Below are positions 54,281-64,000 of a stretch of 64,000 nucleotides of DNA, piece by piece. The DNA comes from Eledone cirrhosa (taxonomy: Eukaryota). Position numbers and translations under genes: made by a program. The notes beneath the pieces are model-generated. The model was given only the letters and a program-made list of their open reading frames with translations, searched no databases and was not told where the DNA came from. The stretch covers positions 10,974,001-11,038,000 of the forward strand of contig OZ024752.1 of the NCBI GenBank assembly GCA_964016885.1, in the 5' to 3' direction. Within the stretch, counting starts at the first letter, position 1. Every line of letters begins with the position of its first letter.

Positions 54281-54939
54281 TATTAAAATAACATATTAAA
54301 GTTTAAGCAGAGAATCGCTGCTATCACCCTTAACGGGATCTTCTGAAACTAAAAAAAAAAAAAAAATCAATCTGTGACGCAGAAGTAAATATTTCGAAAA
54401 AATGTTGCAACCGAAGGAAGACAGAAAGACGATATTTTGGCTCGTGGAAACGTTCCCTTGCAAAGACCGGAAAAAAAGAAGATATACGTCATTATTTGGA
54501 GCGGTGAAAATCCTGCCGAGGTTAACTTTGCCTTTCATCCTTACGGGGGTCGATAAAATAAAGTACCAGTAATGCACTGGGTAATTGCTGGCCTTGTGTC
54601 AAAAAGTAGAAAGAATTATTTGGAGCGGTGAAAAACAATTACACGCAAAGTCAAAACCACGTTTATGGTATAAATGAAGTCGTAGACTAATATTCTATTT
54701 AGGAAACCGAATGATTCTCGGCTTCAGAGTTAAGAATAATGTAAATAAATTACAGTGGTAATTCAAATCAGGGAACGTTTCCACGAAACAAAGTATCGTC
54801 TTCCTGTCTTCCTTCGGTTGCAACGTTTTTCCAAATATTTACTTCTGCGTTCACAGATTGATTTTTTTTAGTTTCAGAATATCCCGTTAAGGGTGAAAGC
54901 AGTGATTCTTTGCTTAAACTTTAATCTGTTATTTTAATA
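54281..54939. repeat. Inverted repeat pair (54281-54458 and 54770-54939) enclosing a truncated SINE A with a 20-bp TSD attatttggagcggtgaaaa
   Basis: Arms are diverged reverse complements; TSD at ~54491 and ~54616. Confidence 0.85.
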
Positions 54940-55045
54940 AATATTTGCTCTATGGTTTTTATATATTTCTCCTTATCGAGCACTCTTTGGATTTTAGTCT
55001 TCAAATGTATTAGTATTACTATATATATATATATACATATAGTAA

Positions 55046-55241
55046 TAATTGTTTCTACTTTAGGCACAAGGCCAGCAATTACCCAGTGCATTACTGGTAC
55101 TTTATTTTATCTACCCCGTAAGGATGAAAGGCAAAGTCAACCTCGGCGGGATTTGAACTCAGATCGTAAAGGGAGGTAACTATGCTGGAAAGCATGGCGT
55201 CCGACTCTACCGATACTGCCAATCCACCGCCAATCCACCGC
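55046..55241 (-). mobile_element. SINE family A, full length
   Basis: Head, B box, core and tail present. Confidence 0.9.
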
Positions 55242-55489
55242 CCTATACATATAGTAATAATAATGTATGTATATAAATATATATATATATATATATAGTA
55301 ATAATAATGTATGTATATAAATATATATATATATATATATAGTAATAATAATGTACGTATACACATAAATGCATACATACATAGATACACACATTTATAC
55401 AATATACATACATTTATATCCGCACATTCATACACATTTATAAATACACACATATTTGCATACATATATATACATATATATATATATGC

Positions 55490-55826
55490 ATGGTGGCTGC
55501 TAACTCGTTTTCGTGTACGGCCACTACTTTATATCCATGTACGAGAACCCCTAACGATGCGCTGAACGAGTGTGACTTTTCAGTCCAGCCAGCGACTTGA
55601 AAACTCTGGTACAAACACTACACTTGTGACAGTTATTGACACATAGTGCTGGGCCCATGGTACTATGTGACCACAAGTGCAGAGAGATCTCCAGATATAA
55701 AGCAATGCCTGTGCCGTGAAGCTTTTATAGAGAGCAAAGGCACTGCACAAAGCCAGTCCCACTCTCTTACCCAAGATGATATTTACCAAAAAGAAGAACA
55801 AGTCAACATCATTGGATACCATCAGG
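55490..55826 (-). mobile_element. Family B element, 5'-truncated
   Basis: Matches the first ~340 bp (plus-strand view) of the full copies. Confidence 0.8.
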
Positions 55827-55954
55827 TTTGCATACATACATACACACATTTATAAATACACACATTTATAAATACACACATATTAGCATACATACATTAT
55901 ATATAAATGAAATAACAGGAGGGTGGACTGGTGTAAATCCTTGAGAGGATTATT

Positions 55955-56012
55955 ATACTATGATCATTTCAATGACCGGGTTCCATATGAATCCGGTGAT
56001 ATCATCAGGTAT
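55955..56012 (-). ncRNA. Type I hammerhead motif within an inverted pLTR-like structure (55903-56270)
   Basis: atac CTGATGA tat-c-accgg...ccggt-c-att GAAA tgatca TA gtat; 55903-55959 is inverted at 56068-56126. Confidence 0.68.
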
Positions 56013-56271
56013 TGGAATATAACAAAGGAATATGTAAAAAGCCATGGGTCCGAAAAATCAGAGACAGTAGTATAATAAACCTCTCAAGGATTTACACCAG
56101 TCCAGCTTCCTGTTATTTCATTTATCATTAACTCCGTATTCGCACCACCTACTACACAAATGAAGATGGGTGAACTGCACTGCGTTGAGTACTCTTCACA
56201 ATATTACACCAGGATTGACCATACGGAATGACCAGTTCTGTCCAGTGGTGAACCAACAAACCTAAAGGTAC

Positions 56272-56314
<43 letters not shown>

Positions 56315-56749
56315 GTATACAGTTTTAGCAGTATACACATCCATTTATTGATTATACCCTGTCATAATTAGTGATATGATATATGTTTTCCTTTACATAT
56401 TATATTGTATTCGGTATATCATCTCTAAAATGGTGATTTATCGATGTTTAACATATGTGTTGGAAACAATAATATAGCGATATATATTTTATATATATAT
56501 GTGAGTATGTAAGTGAACGCATGTGTGTGTGTATGTAGGTGCGTGCATGTGTGTGTATGTATGTAGGTACACACATGTGTATGTATATGTATGTAGGTGC
56601 GTGCATGTGTGTGTATGTATGTAGGTACACACATGTGTGTGTATATGTATGTAGGTGCGTGCATGTGTGTGTATGTATGTAGGTGCGTGCATGTGTGTGT
56701 ATGTATGTAGGTACACGCATCTCTTTCTCCTCCCTTTTTCATTCTCCTT

Positions 56750-57620
56750 CTTTCTCCTCTCTTTTTCACTCGTTCTCACTTTCGTTCTTTCTCCTCCCTT
56801 TTTTACTCTTTCTTGCCCTTTCTCACTCTCTTTCACCCACCCACCCCCCACACACCCACCCACCCCACAAAAACAAACAAGGGCCCTCAACTCTTCAACA
56901 GGCTGCCGAGGCATCTGCGAGACTTGCATGACGTGGAGGTGGATGTCTTTAAGAAACATCTCGACACCTTGTTATCCAGGATCCCGGATGAGCCCACAGC
57001 AAGACACGAGGGAAACCTAAGGGCAGCAGCAACAAACTCCCTCCTACACCAGTGGCCAACCTATACAGGCTGGAGATAAAATATGTAGCAACAAGGGCGG
57101 TGCCCCAGCATGGCCTCAGCCGGATGGCTGAAACAGGTAAAAGAGTAAAAGAGTAAATGAAAACTGTCTTTATACTCCTACATATACATGTATGCAGGAG
57201 TATGGACTTATATGCGTGCGTCTAAGAAAATAAATAAATACATAAACATACTGAAAGAAATATATATTGCAATATTATGTTCCATAAAATATATTTTTTA
57301 TATATGTGTGTGTGTAGTTGCACGAGTGAGTGAGTGAGTGAGTGAGTGAGTGAGTGAGTGAGTGAGTGAGTGCGCGTGTGTGCGTGTGTGTGTGTGTGTG
57401 TGTATGTATGACTGTTTCTTTCAGTATGTATATGTATTTATTTATTTTCTTAGACACACGCATATAAGTTCATACTCCTGCATACATGTACATGTAGGAG
57501 TATAAAGACAGTTTTCATTTGTTTGTTTTTGTGGGGGGGGGGGCTGAAAGAGAGTGAAAAAGGGCAAGAAAGAGCAAGAAAGAGTAAAAAAGGGACGAGA
57601 AAAAACGAAAGTGACAACGA
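56750..57620. repeat. Inverted duplication whose left arm is interrupted by the LINE insertion
   Basis: 57155-57260 mirrors 57415-57520, and 56760-56880 mirrors 57520-57620. Confidence 0.8.
56878..57155 (+). mobile_element. Short 5'-truncated copy of the CR1/L2-group LINE at 50300-51125, with a (GTAAAAGA)n tail
   Basis: Nearly identical to 50857-51125. Confidence 0.9.
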
Positions 57621-57649
57621 GGGAGGAGGAGAAAGAAAGAGAGAGAGAG

Positions 57650-57682
<33 letters not shown>

Positions 57683-57807
57683 AATGAGAGAGAAAGAGAG
57701 AAAGAGCGAAAGAGAGAGAAAGAGAGAGAAAGAGAGAGAAAGAGAGAGAGAAAGAGAGAGAAGAGAGAGAAAGAGAGAGAAATAGAAAGAGAGAGAGAAA
57801 TAGAGAA

Positions 57808-57844
<37 letters not shown>

Positions 57845-59328
57845 GAGAGAGATATATATAGAGAGAAATAGAGAGAGTAAATATATTTTCATGAAAACAG
57901 ATAGGAAAGAATTGTTAAAATATTCATCATATATTAATAAGAAGACATTAAAAAGCAAGCATTAGATGTTTCAATATAGATTACTCCAGTCGGTTGTATG
58001 TTTTACCAACATATTCTGCTTATCTACATTACTAGTAAAGGCAACTTAGATTTACACAGAGATCTACATTTCCAAAAACAATTTCTCGCATCTTTACACT
58101 TACGTGTTTTAATGTACATATATATATATTGTTTTTTTCTTTCCCCTCCATAAGTGTCTCTTTTTGTATGCTTATGTGTATATATATATATTTATATATA
58201 TATATATATATATTTCTCCCCCTCTCTGAGTCTCTGTCACTTATCTATCGATTTATCTTATTTCATAATGCGTTTGCTATGTGTCGGTATCGCTCTCATT
58301 GTGTGTGTGTGTGTGCGTGTGTGTACAAATATGTATGTATATATGTAAATAATTATATATGTACATATATATATATATATGTACATTATATATATACATA
58401 CATATATACACATATATATATACATATATACACATATATATATACACATATACATATATACACATATATATATACACATATACATATATACACATATATA
58501 TATACACATACATATATACACATATATATCTACACATACATATATACATATATATATCTACACATATATATATCTACACATATATATATATACACATATA
58601 TATATCTACACATATATATATATACACATATATATCTACACATATATATACACATATATATATACACATATATATACACATATATATATATACACATATA
58701 TATATATACACATATATATATATACACATATATATATATACACATATATATATATATATACATATGTATGTATATGCACATATATGTATATATATGTGGG
58801 TGTGGGTGTGTGGGTGTGGGTGGTACACAAGATCACACGAGAACCACTTTGTGCTAACAAGGAAAGGGAAGTCTGATATATCTCTCTCTCTACCAAAATT
58901 TGTCTGATAAGATTTACAGTGAGCATGCGCCAACTATAGCTACTTAAGTAACTATCTATCTATCTTCGGGACATAAATACAACTTTCATATAGATCTTTC
59001 TATCTACAAATTTTGTGTATTTCTGTATAGCTATGTGTGTAATTAAATGTCTCTTTGCCGGTCTATGTGTTAGTCTGACTCTTGTTTTGTAGTTATTTAT
59101 TCATGTATATTTACCAATGAATCAATCTTTGGATAAGAGAATGGGAATAACAATAAGAAAGCCTAAATTCCAATAGATTTGGAGCGACGTAGTTACTTAT
59201 GTGGGTAGATAGATTGATAGATTAAAGACATCGTATGTTAACATGAATGGACTTGTTATTTTTATCTTAATGCATATTTTCCAATTCCACCCTGCCGTCC
59301 ATTCAATCTATGTTATTTCTCATTCTTT

Positions 59329-59362
59329 CTTCTGATGAAGGACTAGCGTCCGAAATGTTAAG
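59329..59362 (+). ncRNA. Minimal Penelope-type hammerhead-like motif; decayed inverted relative at ~60210-60250
   Basis: ctt CTGATGA a ggac-tagc-gtcc GAAA tg TT aag. Confidence 0.5.
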
Positions 59363-59939
59363 ACCCTCTTCCTGCTATTTCAAGCGTTAACCTAATATAT
59401 TTCTTCCATATACTGTACCGATTGTGTTGTTGTTTCCGTTTACCTTTTACATATATATATATGTGCACACGTGTGTAAGCGTGCGCGCACGTGTGTGAAC
59501 TTATGTATATCTGTGTATACGTGCGTATATAGGCAGATGTGCGTAGGTGTGTTTACACATGTTTGTATGTGCTTGAGTGGATATAATTATGTGTGTATGT
59601 ATGTGTATATATGCATATATATATATATATATATATGTGAGTGTATATGTAGAGATATATGTGTACGTGTGTATATGTGTACATGTATATTTATATATGT
59701 ATATATAGAGAGATGTGCGTGTATATATATTTATACGTTAATACTGAATACGTGTATGAATGTGCACCTGTGTGTGCGCATATGTGAACGAAAGAGCACA
59801 CGTATATGTGTATATTTGTATTTCCATGCAGACGCACATATACTTATGTGTGAATGTATATGCTTACGTATATGCGTGAGTTTATGTATGTGTATGCATA
59901 TGCATTTAGATATTTATTGATATATTTTTTCCCCTCAAT

Positions 59940-59987
<48 letters not shown>

Positions 59988-60610
59988 GTGAGGTTTTTTT
60001 ACAAACTGAAAAATAACCGAGGTGTCCTACACGAGTGAAAGTATAAAGAAAAAACGATGAAATCGAAAATGAAACTGGAGTCTTATTTAAAAAAATATAT
60101 ATTTATATATATATATAATGTGTGTAAAACGGAAAATAACAAAGCAAACAATACATTACATTTAAGATACACTTTCATCTAACGCTTGATTTATGAAAAT
60201 CAAAAAGGAGACCTAACGTTTTGGACGATAGTCCTTCGTTAGAAATAGAAAGAAATAGAAAGATAGGTGAGAGTGGCGATATTACATAAGAATCATGATT
60301 CTCATATTAGTGCCACTGATATTGTTCACTATAAAAACTGTTCTACTCAGGAAAAGTGATTTTACAATGGAAATATGTTTTACGTACAGTTGTGACACTG
60401 ATACTTTTCTTCAGGTGCATGAAACATCGATAGTATTTGGAAATGTGTTAACAATGTGGTAAATTCAATCGATTCTAGACAATTGACTAAATGGCTATAA
60501 ATAGCTATATGAAATACCAATGACCGTTGGCAAATCACTGATGAGGGACCCATTTTATAACATGTTATCCATGTGCAACCATGCAGTATTCTTCTCCCCA
60601 TATTTTTCAC

Positions 60611-60659
<49 letters not shown>

Positions 60660-61076
60660 ATATATATGTGTGTGTGTGTGTGTATATATATATACACACA
60701 AGGATGATTTGGGTGAACCTACGGTAACTTCATGTAACACTCGTGTGCGTGTGTGTGTACGTGTGTGTGTGTGTGTATTCGATGAAAAAGGGTCAGTTGA
60801 TTTAGAATCAGCTGATATATATAACAGATTTCAAGCACTCGACAGACGTCTAACCGCCAGCATATCAAATGACTTCTACATCTCCGGTGGATTTTATCTG
60901 AAGATAACATGTTTTAGCTTATGTTATACATAAGCCTTGCATCTTCGAAATACGTATAATAAATTAAACTGGGATGGTCTAATTTCTTTCGTTTATTATT
61001 ATTATTATCATTGTTATCACTGGCCTTGTGTCAACAGTAGAAACAATTATTATTATTATCATTATTATAATTATTA

Positions 61077-61263
61077 GGCGGTGGATTGGCAGTATAGGTA
61101 GAGGGTCGGACGCCATGCTTTGCAGCACAGTTACGTCCCTTTACGGACTGAGTTCAAATCCCGCCGAGGTTAACTTTGCCTTTCATCCTTATGGGGTCGA
61201 TAAAATAAAGTACCAGTAATACACTGAGATAATTGCTGGCCTTGTGCCAAAAGTAGAAACAAT
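61077..61263 (+). mobile_element. SINE family A, full length
   Basis: ggcggtggattggcagtatagg...gagttcaaatcc, followed by core and tail. Confidence 0.9.
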
Positions 61264-63019
61264 TATTTATATATATATATATATATATAAACAGTGAGTG
61301 TGTTCTGTTATTATTTCTGACAATATTTGTTTCGACACACGATTTCATATAAAAAAGCTCGCAATAACAAATATATATAAATATATACCAGCCGAAATGC
61401 GGTTCTCGCTAAATCTATATCTATATATATATATATATATTTATATATATGAAATAGAAAGCACAAATTAGAAGATATAGTTCTGCTGGTAGTGAACAAA
61501 ACGAAGGAAGAAATGGGAATGGCGGCTGGTTGAGTACCTTTCATTATAGGACCACTCATTCAGTATTAACTTTAAGCTAAACAACATTTGGCACATGACA
61601 TGTTCGATGACCGGAAAGAAAATGTATATTTTATCTACGACAAAACAAAGGTTATTTCACTGCGAACGAATATTGATGAACTTCAGATATTTTTATAAAT
61701 GACTGAAGTATTCCTTGTGGCTAAATAACTACTTGAAACAGGATATAATGAGACAGTATCGTATTCTTTTTTCATATTTAGTGAGTTTTCAATTGTTTGA
61801 AGTGTTTATTGAGAAAACTTTCTGTTACAGAGCAGCATGATAGCTTTATTCCTATTAATATAACCAATACATGTAAAAAAAACTCAATCATATCATTCTC
61901 TGGTTAGGGTTTTCGTTTGTATTTTATGACATAGTTTGTCTTAGGGGTTAGTTGTTCGGATTATCTCATTAATCCTTCTTTTAATATAACCAGAGAATAG
62001 ATTCTTGAGTGTTTTTTAGCAAAGTGCTCAATACATAAGGCGATGAATTTATTTCACAAGTTTTTTTTATATCAAATTGATTATTGAAACAAATATTGTT
62101 ATATTTGTGGAGAGTCTTGTTATAATATTGCCAGATATATAATAAAACACATTCACTGTTTGGTTTATTTTATATTTCTATAATTAATTTAGCTGGTAAT
62201 CAATGTTTATCATTAATTGACCAACAGCTAAAAATATAATGACAAATATAGTCTCTATGAAAAACTGCTAACAAGTAGATGCGAGTCTACATTTTAACAC
62301 ATAACTGAAGAGCTTCCGATTCCAGAGTCAGATTCAATAATTAAGCGAACATTTCTCGAGCAGATCAACAATGAAACATATGTCATTAATATGTAATTTG
62401 ATACAATATTGTTTCTTTGTTTCCTTATATATTAATATTATTGATAAGCTGCTTCTCAAGAGCAGCGAGTGCTCATTCAGCATACCACCTACGAACGCAA
62501 TTAATTTGCACCTTAATACCTCTCTCTAGAGAGAGAGAGAGAGAGAGAGAGATTTGACGAAAGTCGATCGACCTATATATATATATAGGTCCATCGACTT
62601 TCGTCAAATCGGACCGAGGAAACAATGTTTCCGTTGGTCTTTCCAATTGTTAATACTATCTATCGGTCGCAACTCCAGGTAGAAGGAGCAGCATGAATAA
62701 AGTGTCCTGCTCAAGGATATAACGCATCGCCTGGTCTAGGAATCGAACTCACAACCTCACGATTGCGAATCCAATTGTCTAACCACTCAGCCACACGCTT
62801 TCATTATAATATATATATAGATATATATATATATAGGTATATGCATATGTGTGTGTATGTATGTATGTATATGTGTATATATATATGTTTGTGTGTGTAT
62901 ATATGTGTGTCTGTGTCTGTGTGTGTATGTATATGCAATGTTATGTTTTGTGAGAGCCATGTAGCCAATAAAACATGCTCTAGTTGAGCGTTTCTCGTCT
63001 CTATATTTATTTGTTAGGC

Positions 63020-63810
63020 TCATCGATATTATCCAACCATCTTGCTCAGGGTCTACTCCTGGGCCTCCTGCACGTTGGTTTGCCCTTCAAATATGTCCAG
63101 TGATTCTTACATGATCTCCCAATTCGGAGAAGTAGCGGCTGTACCTGGAGTAACTCTCCAGTGATTCTTTCCTGGGATATTCTAACGATATGCCCATATT
63201 ATTGGAGCTGTGATCTCACAATTCAGAAAAGTAGCGGCTCTACCTGGAGTGGCTCTCCAGTGACTATTTCTGAGACATTCAAACTACATGTATTGGAGCT
63301 GTGATCCCTCAATTCATAGAAGCAGTGGATCTATCTCGACTGACTCTCAAGTGATTCTTTCCTGGGATATTCTAACCACATGTCGATAGTATCAGAGCTG
63401 TGATCTCTCAATTCACAGAAGCAGTGCCTCTACCTGGAGTGACTCTCCAGTGATTCTTTCCTGAGACCTTCTAACCACACGTCCATAGTATCGGAACTGT
63501 GATCTCTCAATTCGGAGAAGTATTGGCTCTACCTGGAGTGACATTCCAGTGATTCTTCCACGAGACCTTCTAACCACGTGTCCATAGTATCAGAGTTGTG
63601 ATCTTTCAATTCAGAGAAGTAGTGGTTGTACTTGGAGTAACTCTCCAGTAATTCTTTCCAGAGACATTCTAACCACATTCCCATATTATCGGAGCTGTGA
63701 TCTCTCAATTCAGAGTTTCTTTCCTGTGACCTTCTAACCACATACCCATAGTATCAGAGCTGTGATCTCTCAATTTGGAGAAGTAACGGATGTACATGTA
63801 GTGACTCACT
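63020..63810 (-). repeat. Diverged ~99-bp tandem repeat (~7 units) derived from an RTE ORF C-terminal segment
   Basis: Units translate as RIERSQL(R/*)xYGHVVRMSLERITGELLQVQPLLL-like; the distal end reads PTCRRPRSRP*ARWLDNI. Confidence 0.75.
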
Positions 63811-64000
63811 GATATCCGAGCTACGCACTCTATCGCGTAATGTTATTCCAAACACATGAAATAAATAACAAACATACAAACGTAGATATTCACATCCTTC
63901 CGCTGAGAAAGCCATTTACATACTCACATCCGATTTTATACATTATGATGTATTATTGATACGTTGCTTTAATGCATAACATCACATCTGTACCTAAATA

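Noticed and set aside
60538-60570. CTGATGA followed by ggg..ccc
   Set aside because: No GAAA box or helix I/III partner at a suitable distance.

Overview
This is AT-rich, gene-free eukaryotic DNA dominated by microsatellites and transposon remnants. The SINE families and repeat landscape resemble an octopod cephalopod genome (inference). I found no host protein-coding gene I can support, and most long ORFs in the track are (TA/CA)n artefacts. Recognisable elements include a near-full-length decayed RTE LINE (~2215-6300, minus) with a ~600-bp non-autonomous partner family, further RTE and CR1/L2-group fragments, an internally deleted DD37D (maT) transposon with perfect TIRs, mariner remnants and MITEs, and over 20 tRNA-derived SINE copies. 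The main discovery is a 485-bp tandem array (48099-49749, 3.4 apparently identical units). Every unit carries an intact type I hammerhead ribozyme with a palindromic helix III, i.e. a retrozyme-like element predicted to give circular RNA, and a 113-codon ORF crosses the predicted cleavage/ligation junction. At least seven other hammerhead or hammerhead-like families occur in the window, several inside large fold-back palindromes typical of Penelope-like pseudo-LTRs. Four of them share a C.C mismatch at the same position of helix II. All folds and coordinates were read by eye, and none were computed.
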